A DNA stretch of 64,000 nt from Candidatus Chisholmbacteria bacterium (GTDB lineage Bacteria; Patescibacteriota; Microgenomatia; UBA1400; Chisholmbacteraceae): assembly GCA_963704905.1 (NCBI GenBank), contig CAVPHZ010000001.1, forward strand, positions 579,438 to 643,437, in the 5' to 3' direction. This document shows, piece after piece, positions 12,001 through 18,900 of the stretch (positions are counted from its first letter, which is position 1; each line of letters starts with the position of its first letter). A program made the translations under genes and the position numbers. A model generated the notes under the pieces. It saw only the letters and a list, made by a program, of their open reading frames with translations. It made no database searches and had not been told where the DNA came from.

Positions 12001-14050
12001 TCTGGCAGTCAATGGTGACCAGATTACGGCTGATGGGGCAACTTTGACTATTAATGCCGGAGGTGCGGTTGATATTCAAGATAGTTTGACTGCTGATGAT
12101 CTCACGCTTGATATTGGTGGAGTTTCGATTGCTGGAGGACAGAGTTACACTGGGGCTGGTGCGGTGACCTTGTCATCAGGCGGAGCGGGAGCGCTAAGCA
12201 TTGATTCTGCCAGCAACACTATTAATATAGGGGCTGACAATGATCTCATTCCTGGATCTGGGACAACTGATTTAGGATCGGCTGGATCACGCTGGGATAA
12301 CATTTATGGAGGAGCCGGGAATTTTTCCGGAACGGTGACTGCTAATGATTTCTCCTGTACGAACTGTTTAGACTTTACTGAGATTGCGGACGCCTTAACA
12401 CTTGATGGATCAACAACCGTAACCATGGGCGGTAACGGATTTACCTTTAATCTGAGTGGTACTGGGGAGTTTGCCATTCAAGACGAAGGCTCTGATATTT
12501 TCCGAATTGAAGATACCAATGGGATTACGACAATCGGTGATGATCTCAATCTTTCATTTGGTGAATCGGAGAATCTTGATGTCCAGTCAACAATTACCGG
12601 TGATATCTCAACGGTTCCAGTTTCCATTACACTTACTGATAATGCAGGTGGTTCATCTGGAACGCTGTACGCGCTTGAGGTGATCAATGCCGATAATGCA
12701 GCTAACATTGGCGTACCTGATGCATTGGTTCATCTTGATAATGCTAATGCTGCAGATACGGTAACCACAGGCTTGTCGATAGAGCAGTCAGGCACAGGGA
12801 CGATGACCAATGGTCTTCGAATTTTCGAGTCGGCTGGAACTATTACTAACGGAATTGTGTTGGGATCAGCATTTTCGGTGGGAATGAATGCTGGAAACAA
12901 TACCATAGAAAATATCGGAAATGCTGGCACTGATTTCACATCGACTGGAGGATTGAATTTGGCTGGTACTTTGGATGCAGATGGACAGATTCTGTTAGGG
13001 GATGGTGGAGACTCTGCTACGATCGATGCGACGACAATTACTTTAACTGCAAATGGAGCTGGGAATGATATTTCTTTGAATATGGTGGATGACAATGCCA
13101 GTGCTTTTGATCTTCAACAAGGGACAGATAACTATCTAAATATCAACACAACTAATAATACGGAACTGATGACGATTGGGAATTCGCTTTCAAACATGAG
13201 CATGACATTTGATATTGGTGGAAGTGGAAATATTACATTCTCTGATTTCACCACCTGTACTGCACTTGAGACAAATGGGTCCGGGCAGTTGGTCTGCGGA
13301 AGTGATGATGGGGGAAGTTTGCAGAGTGCTTATGATGGTGGGAATACGATTGAAACAGCAAGTGGAAATCCGGTGGTGATTACCGAAACCACAGCTGCGG
13401 CGAGTGCTAACAATCTTTTGGAACTTACAGTTAATCCAGCTACGACAGGTTCATTCTCAGGAGATGCGCTGCAAATCACTATGGACGGCGTAGACCTCAA
13501 CTCGATGAGCGGCAATGGGCTCAACATCGTGGTAGATAAATCACAAAGCACTGGGTATCCGATTTTAATTGAAGATGATCTCTCAGCAGCACAGTTTAGA
13601 GTGGATGAAGATGGGAACGTTTTAGCAGCAGGAACTTTGGCAGTCAATGGAGATACGATCACTTCGGATGGGGCGACACTAGCCATCAACGCAGCTGGAG
13701 CTGTAGATATCCAAGATAACGTGACGGTTGATTCGCTGACTGCAGATATAGGTGGTGTTTCGATCGCAGGTGGACAAAGTTATACTGGGGCTGGGGCAGT
13801 TACACTTTCGAGTGGAGGGGCTGGTACCTTGAGCCTTGATAGTGCGGATGGGGCAATTTCACTGGCCACTGATGATGATTTCTCAAGCACAGGTGATGTG
13901 ACTTTTACCATGGCAGGTACTGAGAACTTGGATGTGGGATCATCTTTGTCTAGTGATGTTACTGTTTCTGCTGTCAATATAACGCTTACTGATAACGCTG
14001 CAGCTTCAACTGGAACAGTTTATGGACTTGGAGATAACCAATGCGGATAA
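2..14050 (+). CDS. Giant repetitive cell-surface protein, segment 1 of 3. It is 5'-truncated by the window edge and the frame is open from position 2. It consists of Asn/Thr/Gly/Asp-rich beta-helix-like repeats with a recurring conserved block 'DFACTDCLDFTEF...GEFAIQDGGSDVFRIED'.
   Basis: The 4675-aa ORF has no stop back to the window start. The protein shows a ~400-600-aa super-repeat (LAVNGDQITADGATLTINAAGAVDIQD ... RWDNIY ... CTDC ...) recurring at least 9 times. Composition is typical of secreted fibrous/adhesin proteins. The ORF ends at 14050 only because of a +1 frameshift, since the homologous repeat text continues in the next ORF. Confidence 0.75.
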   Translation, partial: LDRASAGVLNIADATATSVSIGSGGMDSVTITTNSTGDSEVVLPNDSIGTSEILDNAVTTTDLAATLTFADGDFVDLGSITNSAATNEGLRLPQGSGAFGNPSSGEGYLAYRADSNALQYYDGAAWVSLASGDASSKWTDTGQITYLTEATDDLVVGSDGGDLIAPFSIDTSANTVRIGDGGGTTDGTLNIYANDGDQGTLTMNTSDQLNLQGADLVVDQALDVDGQVDLGDGGDAITLNGTALTFTANSAGNDIDFTIVDNNTNSFNIQQGANTYFDVNTTDGFEEITFGNGTTNPDFTFSGTGILNCTDCINFDDMANNMTLDESTTVNLDANNYIINLNATGEFLVQDGGSTVFQIEDADGISTFNDDLDLNLASTENLTITNSSMTSADLVSIAATITDNNNADAMQITITDNTFSSGTARGLVIETGNGSASIDSALAINHTDTGQAMTAGIEITGDASTVITTALDVDDPEIVTALSAGANDLSGTNWSITGASGNMTLAGTLAVNGDQITADGGTLTINAGGTVDIQDAVIADSLSTDTGGVSIAAGQSYTGAGAVTLSSGGAGGLSVNSASGLVTFSTDDDLIPTLGAGDADIGASGTRWDNIFATAGDFSGTVTAVDFACTDCLDFDEFANTMTVDETTEISLGGNNFTYNLNGLGEFAIQDGGSDVFRIEDVNGITTISDDVDLTLSGTENLAITSNLGGSVDVASLVLTPSASPGTTRGIYIQQANSSNTNGLDTAFLIDNADTNLAVGTAIQISNTGGGGYTTILDTPAVDISGSGEITVPAGTGLDTNGAGGLELGVTNATAITMGSSGMTTAVDGGMTVEETFTANGQAVIGDGGDSIVLSGSTITLTANGAGNDITTNLVDNNADALDIQQGTNNYLNITTQDTIEAINFGNASTNPDYSFLGSGQTTFNGNVDTTSGLDVTGADLTVGGANFSVAQASGNITTAGTLAVNGDQITADGATLVINAAGAVDVQDNLTADSMTTDTGGVTIAAAQSYTGVGAVTLSSGGAAGLTLDSASGSVTLSTDDDLLPTLGAGNADIGSSGARWDTIYGTAGDYSGTVTANDFACTDCLDFTEFSNTLTLDEATTLTFDTNNFTFNLNSTGEFAIQDGGSDVFRIEDADGISTFSDDVDFTLTNTENVAISSTLNSDVGVVPLQVTLTDNANTSGGTLYAMQVTNADNGGGLGVPDALVRFNNANANETVPDGLIIEQSAGGTMTNALRILESAGTITNGIVLGSSFAVGMDAGGNTIENIGDTGTDFTSGGGLNLAGTFDANGQVDLGDGGDAVTVSGTVLTFSANGVNNDVTFNIVDNNTDSFDLQQGTDNYLNINTTNGSEQVTLGNSLTNASVRVDIGSSGNLTLPDFTTCTALETDGSGNVVCGADDGAVDLQGAYDGGNSIETAVATPVIITETTAAANSQDLLQLTVNPATTGTFTGDAMQITMDAADANAMTGHGLHVIIDQSQVLNGNPIYVESDAASALFTVDENGAVTTAGYLAVNGDQITADGATLTINAAGAVDIQDNVTVDQLTTDTGGVSIPDGQAYAGAGAITLSSGGAGGITVNSADGAVTFAADDDLIPTLGAGDADVGASGTRWDNIYAVAGSYSGTVTATDFACTDCLNFTEFADNMTLDNATTIALSSNDFVINLDSTGEFAIQDGGTDVFRVDDVNGVSTFSDDLDVSLAGTENLTVSNTAMTTADLLSVSGTVSDANSSDIVQITITDNTSTSGNARGLVVETGNGAASVDAAIAINHTDTGQAMTRGLQITGDASTAITTAIDVSDPEIVTALSVGANDINGSNWSLTGAGTMTLEGTLAVNGDLISADGATLTINAAGTVDIQDDLNSDSVTTDTGGVTIAAGQSYTGAGAVTLSSGGAAGLTIDSASGTIALASNDDLTATGDVTLTQADTENLDIVSTLASDVSVTPLAISLTDNASASTGDVYGFSITNADNGANVGVPDAFIRLNNANANETVADGIVIEQSGGGTLTNALRIFESAGTITNGIVLGSTFSTGIDAGNNTIENIGVAGTDFTSSGGLNLAGALDANAQVDLGDGGDSITLSGTTVTMTANGAGNDISLNMVDNNSDAFDLQQGTNNYLNIDTTDGAETVTIGNSGVVNLSVVIDAGGSGNVRIPDFTSCTAIETDGSGNLLCGTDQGGSLQEAYNGGNSIETALGTPVLITETTAVVNTQDLLQLTVNPASGGQFQGDALQITMDAADGNGMTGDGLKIIVDASQSTGDPIVVEDDGSSPLFTVGETGAVTMAGALAVNGDSITADGATLTINAGGAVDVQDNLTADSLITDTGGVTIAGGQSYTGAGAVTLSSGGGVGLFIDSANGTITFETDDDLIPTLGGGTADIGSGGARWDNLYVSTGDFSGNVTAADFICTDCLDFTEFSNSMSVDEATTIGLGNFNLTYNLDGSGEFAIQDGGTDVFRIEDANGITTISDDVDLTLAGSENLNISNITMTTDDLVSVSGTIQDTNTSDVMTINVTDNTSTSGSARGLVIETGNGTANLDSALAIVHTDSGQAMTTGISISGNPSTAITTAIDVSDPEIVTALSAGGNDLSGTNWSITGVSGAMTLGGTLAVNGDAITADGATLTINAAGAVDIQDAVTVDSLTADSGGVSIAAGQSYTGSGAITLSSAGAGDITISSAGGNVTFGTDNDLIPTLGAANADIGSVGSPWDNLYVGAGVFSGTVSAGDFSCTDCLDFTEFSNSMSVDDPTTISLGSNNLTYNLNSTGEFAIQDGGLDVLRIEDASGITTISDDVDLTFVDSENLAITSAVSSDVSTSVIGITLTDNAAASTGSLYGVSITNADNGGNVGVPDALLQLVNANGNETVADGILIQQTGGGTLTNALRISETAGAITNGIVLGSAFSVGIDAGSNTIENIGDTGTDFTSSGGLTLAGTLDANGQVDLGDGGDAITISGTAITTTASSGDVIFNLVDANPDAFDVQQGTDNYFNIDTSNNSEDITIGNSLANLTVTVDIGASGNFILPDFTSCTAIETDGSGNLVCGTDDGATSLQTAYNGGNSIETAIGSPVLITETTSAANTQDLLQLTVNPGAGGSFSGDGLQITMDAADASGMSGHGLHVIVDTSQSSGFPILVEDDGSADLLSLDENGNAILSGTLAVNGDSITADGATLTINAAGAVDIQDDTTVDSLTVDTGGVSIAAGQSYTGAGAVTFSSGAGTGLTVDSGNGVITIQTDDDILPTLGAGDANFGSAGARWDNIYGTVGDFAGAVTVAGSLAANGGITFNQATDTVGAHTAAGTYNMNTNLIENIGDTGTDFVAGGGLNLAGALDVDGAATIGDGGDAITLSGTTVTLTANAAGNDITANLVDNNTDALDIQQGTNNYLNINTQDSSEAMSFGNASTNPDFSFLGSGTTNFVGNVDAQAGLDVTGGNLTVGGGNFSVAVGSGSITTAGTLAVNGDSITADGATLTINAAGAVDIQDNVTVDQLTTDTGGVSIAAGQSYTGAGAVTLSSGGATTLTIDSADGSVTFATDDDLIPTLGAGNADLGASGTRWDNLYVAAGDFSGTVTAGDFSCTDCLDFTEFADGMTLDNTTSIALGANDFTINVNSTGEFAIQDGGVDVFRVEDVNGISTFSDDVDFAMTDSENVSVASTLASDVSVTALDVTITDNAGASGGSVYGLQVTNADNAGAVGVPDAIVRFNNANAADTITDALVIEQSGGGTLTNALRIVESAGTITNGIVLSSAFGVGLDAGNNTIENIGVAGTDFTSGGGLTLAGTLTANSTLDANGQVDLGDGGDSVNINGTTVGINATGAGNDISMGLVDNNTDALDIQQGTDNYINLNTTNNSENITLGNSTLANMSVTIDIGASGTVTLSDFTSCTALETNVSGNLVCGSDDGGSLQSAYNGGNSIETALGSQVLITETTAVGNTQDLLQLTVNPATTGTFSGDALQITMDAVDASAMTGHGIHMILDVSQSTGDIILAEEDGGPDIFRVQEDGSITTTGTLAVNGDQITADGATLTINAGGAVDIQDSLTADDLTLDIGGVSIAGGQSYTGAGAVTLSSGGAGALSIDSASNTINIGADNDLIPGSGTTDLGSAGSRWDNIYGGAGNFSGTVTANDFSCTNCLDFTEIADALTLDGSTTVTMGGNGFTFNLSGTGEFAIQDEGSDIFRIEDTNGITTIGDDLNLSFGESENLDVQSTITGDISTVPVSITLTDNAGGSSGTLYALEVINADNAANIGVPDALVHLDNANAADTVTTGLSIEQSGTGTMTNGLRIFESAGTITNGIVLGSAFSVGMNAGNNTIENIGNAGTDFTSTGGLNLAGTLDADGQILLGDGGDSATIDATTITLTANGAGNDISLNMVDDNASAFDLQQGTDNYLNINTTNNTELMTIGNSLSNMSMTFDIGGSGNITFSDFTTCTALETNGSGQLVCGSDDGGSLQSAYDGGNTIETASGNPVVITETTAAASANNLLELTVNPATTGSFSGDALQITMDGVDLNSMSGNGLNIVVDKSQSTGYPILIEDDLSAAQFRVDEDGNVLAAGTLAVNGDTITSDGATLAINAAGAVDIQDNVTVDSLTADIGGVSIAGGQSYTGAGAVTLSSGGAGTLSLDSADGAISLATDDDFSSTGDVTFTMAGTENLDVGSSLSSDVTVSAVNITLTDNAAASTGTVYGLGDNQCG

Positions 14051-15986
14051 CGGCGCAAATGTCGGCGTACCTGATTCGCTCATCTATCTCGACAATGCTA
14101 ATGCAGCTGAGACGATGGCTGATGGAATGGTGATTGAACAATCTGGGGCTGGAACGATGACCAATGCTTTAAGAATCGTAGAGAGTGCAGGAACTATAGC
14201 AAACGGTATCGTACTATCAGGTACATATACAGTTGGAATGGATGCTGGAAACAATGTCATTACCAATATTGGGAATGCGAATACTGATTTTACGTCTGGA
14301 GGCGGTTTGAATTTGGCTGGGGCTTTGGATGTTGAAGGGCAAGTTGATCTGGGGGATGGAGGGGATTCGATAGTTCTTAATGGTACGACATTGACGATGA
14401 GTGCCACTGGGGCTGGGAATGATGTGACCATTAATTTAGTTGATAGCAACACTGATGCGTTTGATATTCAAGAAGGTACGAATAATTATTTGAATATTGA
14501 TACCACCAATGGTTCTGAGCGGGTTACGATTGGAAATTCAACGGTGGCTGCTTCTTCGATTACCTTGGATATTGGAGGATCTGGAAACTTTGTACTCTCT
14601 GATTTTACTTCCTGTACGGCACTGGAAACCAATGGTTCTGGAGTGTTGGTCTGCGGAGCTGATGATGGAGGAAGTTTGCAGAGTGCGTACGTAGGAGGGA
14701 ATACACTTGATATCACATCTGGGGAAGGGGCTTTAGACATTGATCTGCAGAGCGCGAATATGGATATCGAGGTTGGAGAAGGAACGGACACCGGGAATTT
14801 TAGGATCTGGGATGGGGCGAGTAATTGGCTATTTATTGATGAAGCGAGTGACACTATGGCGGTTGGGGGAGCAGCTGGAGGTGGGCTGACTTTGGATGCA
14901 GGGAATGGAAATATTAACTTGGGAACAAGTGCAAATCCTCGCACCATAAATATTGGAACTGGGACTGGAATCGATACCATTAATATGGGAACTGACGCAA
15001 CAGCAGCGGATATTATTTCGATTGGAAATACGAGTGCTGGAGCTGTAACCCTTTCGGGTGGAACCAACTCGCTGATCGATTTCCCCAACTTTGATGTGAG
15101 TACAGCGGGAACAGTTACCGTTGCTGCGGGACAAAGTTACACCGGATCCGGAGCTCTTACACTTTCTTCTGGAGCAGGAACAGGACTTACCATTAACTCT
15201 GGTACAACTGGAGCAATTGCTCTTGGGGATGATGCCAGCGCTGAGACGATCACTCTTGGAACGGGCGGTGCTGTTAAGACGGTAACGCTTGGTTCAACTA
15301 ACACCACTTCGGCAACGACGGTTCAATCTGGGACTGGAGATCTGACGTTCTCCTCAACCGATGAGATTATCTTCAACATGGTCGACAATAATCCCGATGC
15401 ACTTGATATCCAGCAAGGGACGGATAATTACATCAATATTGATACCACAAACAACTCGGAATCAATCACACTGGGAACATCTGTTGGAAATCTGGGAATA
15501 ACTCTTGATGTCAATGGAACCGGAGTCATCAATCTTCCTGACTATACAACCTGTACTGCACTCGAGACGGATGGATCCGGGAATTTGACTTGTGGTACTG
15601 ATGAAGGCGGGAGTTTACAGGGGGCATATGAGGGTGGAAATACCATAGACATTACGGCAGCCGAAGGAGCATTGGACTTTGATTTGCAGAGCGCTAATTT
15701 CGATATCGAAGTTGGGCAAGGAACGGATACAGGGAACTTCCGGATTTGGGATGGGGGAACAAACTGGTTCTACATCGATGAGGGGTCGGATACCATGGCG
15801 ATTGGGGCGGCAGCCGGTGGAGGGTTAACACTTGATACGGGTGGCGGTGGAATCGACATCGGAAGCAGTAACAACGTGCGGACGATCAACATCGGAACCG
15901 GAACAGCGGTTGACACTATCAATATCGGAACGGGAGCAACCGGAGCAGACATCATTAGGTTGGGAGTGCCAACGCAGGGGCGTTGA
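14022..15986 (+). CDS. Giant repetitive cell-surface protein, segment 2 of 3 (same gene as 2..14050, continued after a +1 frameshift).
   Basis: The translation 'LEITNADNGANVGVPDSLIYLDNANAAETMADG...' matches the internal repeats of segment 1 ('SITNADNGANVGVPDAFIRLNNANANETVADG'). The upstream frame reads '...STGTVYGLGDNQCG*' where paralogous repeats read 'STGDVYGFSITNADNG'. This implies a 1-nt insertion in the GG run near 14040. Confidence 0.7.
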   Translation: MDLEITNADNGANVGVPDSLIYLDNANAAETMADGMVIEQSGAGTMTNALRIVESAGTIANGIVLSGTYTVGMDAGNNVITNIGNANTDFTSGGGLNLAGALDVEGQVDLGDGGDSIVLNGTTLTMSATGAGNDVTINLVDSNTDAFDIQEGTNNYLNIDTTNGSERVTIGNSTVAASSITLDIGGSGNFVLSDFTSCTALETNGSGVLVCGADDGGSLQSAYVGGNTLDITSGEGALDIDLQSANMDIEVGEGTDTGNFRIWDGASNWLFIDEASDTMAVGGAAGGGLTLDAGNGNINLGTSANPRTINIGTGTGIDTINMGTDATAADIISIGNTSAGAVTLSGGTNSLIDFPNFDVSTAGTVTVAAGQSYTGSGALTLSSGAGTGLTINSGTTGAIALGDDASAETITLGTGGAVKTVTLGSTNTTSATTVQSGTGDLTFSSTDEIIFNMVDNNPDALDIQQGTDNYINIDTTNNSESITLGTSVGNLGITLDVNGTGVINLPDYTTCTALETDGSGNLTCGTDEGGSLQGAYEGGNTIDITAAEGALDFDLQSANFDIEVGQGTDTGNFRIWDGGTNWFYIDEGSDTMAIGAAAGGGLTLDTGGGGIDIGSSNNVRTINIGTGTAVDTINIGTGATGADIIRLGVPTQGR

Positions 15987-18900
15987 TCGATCATCGGTGG
16001 AGCGAATTCACTCATTAACTTCCCCAACTTTGACGTTTCAGCTGGGGGAGAAGTTACCGTTGCAGCTGGCGCTGGTATCGATACTAATGCCGCCGGCACT
16101 CTTGACTTGGGAGTGACAAATGCGAATGCGATTTCGGTCGGTCAAGCAGGTATGACAACAACGGTGAATGGGGCTTTGACGGTAGCGCAAACGTTAACTG
16201 GTCAGGGAACTTTAAGCCTAGGAGATGGCGGGGATGCGATTACTATGTCCGGTACGACGGTGGGAATTACCGCAAACGGGGCGGGCAACGACATCTCCCT
16301 TAACTTGGTTGATGATAATGTCGACGCGCTCGATATTCAGCAAGGAGCAATCAATTATCTTAACATCACTACCTCCAATGGCGCTGAAATGATGACGCTC
16401 GGAAATTCAGCGTTAGCTGCGGCTTCGATTACTTTTGATCGAGGGGCGACCGGGAATCTCATCTTTACTGATTACACCAGCTGTACGGCGCTTGAGACAA
16501 ATGGAACGGGCCAGCTGGTTTGTGGAACAGATGATGGTGGAAGTTTGCAAAGTGCCTATGTTGGGGGAAATACTCTTGATATTACCGCTGCCGAGGGCGC
16601 GCTTGATATTGACCTACAGAGCGCCAATATGGACATCGAGGTCGGTCAGGGGACGGATACCGGGAATTTTAGGATTTGGGATACGGCTGCTAATTGGCTT
16701 TACATCGATGAAGGCGCTGATACGATGGCGATTGGGGCGGCGGCCGGCGGAGGATTGACAATCGATACAGGCGGGGGAGGAATTGGTATTGGCACCAGCA
16801 ATAATGCCAGGGCGATCAATATTGGTACCGGCACTGCGGTGGATACAATCAATATCGGAACAGGAGGGACTGGGGCAGATGTAATCACGATTGGAAACGT
16901 TGACGCTGGAGCGTTAACTATTATTGGTGGGACAAATTCTCTTATTAACTTCCCGAATTTTGATGTTTCTACTGCTGGTGAAATTACTGTGGCTGCTGGT
17001 GCTGGTCTTGATACCAACGCAGCTGGCACTTTAGATCTAGGAGTGACAAATGCGAATGCGATCACCATTGGAGACACCGGAGTAACAACCACCAATGCAG
17101 GAGCACTTACCGTGACCGAAACTTTTACTGCAAACGGAACATTTGACGCAAATGGCCTGATTACTGCTGGAGATGGTGGGGATGCAATTACTCTGTCTGG
17201 AACAACTTTGACATTTACTGCCAATTCGGCTGGAAATGATATTACCTTTAACATGGTTGATAACAATCCTGATGCGTTTGATCTTCAACAAGGGACGGAT
17301 AGCTACATCAACATCAATACCTCGGATGGTGCTGAAGTAATGACTATTGGCAATTCGATTACCAACACTTCAATCGTGATTGACCGTGGTTCGAGCGGGA
17401 CGTTGACGCTTTCCGATTACACCGGCGGAGGTGCAGGGTGTACAGCGCTTGAGACCAATGGTTCAGGACAAGTGGTGTGTGGCACAGATGATGGTGGTGT
17501 GCCAAACTTTGACGAAGTTTATGCAGAGTCGATTACCGATGGAAATCTGACGATGGAAATTGATAATGCGACCGGTTTGACCTATGACTTGACGACAACC
17601 GGAGACTTCACGATTGCTGATAACGGTACGCCGTTTGTTACGTTTAATGATAATGGAACGGTGACGTTTGATGGCGTTTCCACATTTAACACAGATGTGA
17701 ACATGACGTTTGCGGATACCGAAAATCTGCTGATTGCTTCAACTATGAGCGATGATGTGGCTGCAATTCCTTTGAATATCACGCTTACCGATAATGCCGG
17801 AAGCTCAGGCTCAACTGCCTATGGTTTACAAGTCACAAATACCGACAACGGAGCGAATGTCGGAGTTCCAGATGCGCTTGCCCGTTTTGCCAATGCCAAT
17901 GCTGCGGAGACTATGGTAGACGGTTTGCTAATAGAGCAGAGCGCTGCCGGTACATTGACCAACGCGCTCAGAATTTTAGAGTCGGCGGGAGCTATCACCA
18001 ACGGGTTGGTATTATCTGGGACGTTTGGTGTAGGCATCGATGTAGGGAGCAATACTATCGAGAACATTGGCAATAGCGGGACTGACTTTACCAATACTGG
18101 AGGCTTGACTTTGGCCGGGACGTTGGATGCCAACGGTCAGGTCGATCTGGGAGATGGCGGGGATACCGTAACCATAAATGGAACAACTGTCAGCATCAGT
18201 CCTACCGGCGCAGGTAATGATTTAACGATGAATTTGGTTGACAACAACACAGATGCACTTCTGATTCAAGAAACTGCCGGCGGAGATGACTATTTGGTAA
18301 TCAATACGACAAATACCACCGAGTCGATTGTTTTTGGAAATACCGGTACAAATCCCGACTATTCATTTGTAGGTACTGGGCAGGTGACTTTTTCAGGTAA
18401 CGTGGATGCAACTAACGGTCTTGATGTGACAACAGCCAATTTGACCGTGGGAGGAAGCAATTTCTCCGTAGCACCAGGAACTGGGAATGTTGATACTCAA
18501 GGGACCATTCAAGCCGGTTCAAGTAACATCACCATTACCACTTCGGCAGGATACGTTGATGCTGACGCCATACAACTTATTACAGGTGATGGAACGGGTT
18601 CGACGAGTTCAGGTTCCGGACTTGAAACGGATACAGACCGCTTGGGATTGCTGCAAGGTTGTGATGATTTGGATGTATTGAAATGGGATAACACGGGAGC
18701 TGTGTGGGAGTGTGCGGACAGCGGTACGGATACGGTTACACCAAATGTATATACAGCCGGAGGTACTTGGAACGAGCCGTCCGGGATGCGCTATGCTCAA
18801 GTGATTGTTACGGCCGGCGGCGGCGGTGGCGGAGAGGCTGAGTGCGGAGATACTGGTTGTAGTGCAGCTGGAGGCGGAGGAGGAGGTGGAGGTACTTCTA

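Noticed and set aside
14022-16107. Treating 14022 (ATG) and 16107 (TTG) as genuine translation starts of independent genes.
   Set aside because: Homologous repeat sequence continues upstream of both 'starts' in the appropriate frames, and there is no RBS. They are artefacts of frameshift/stop lesions in one long gene.
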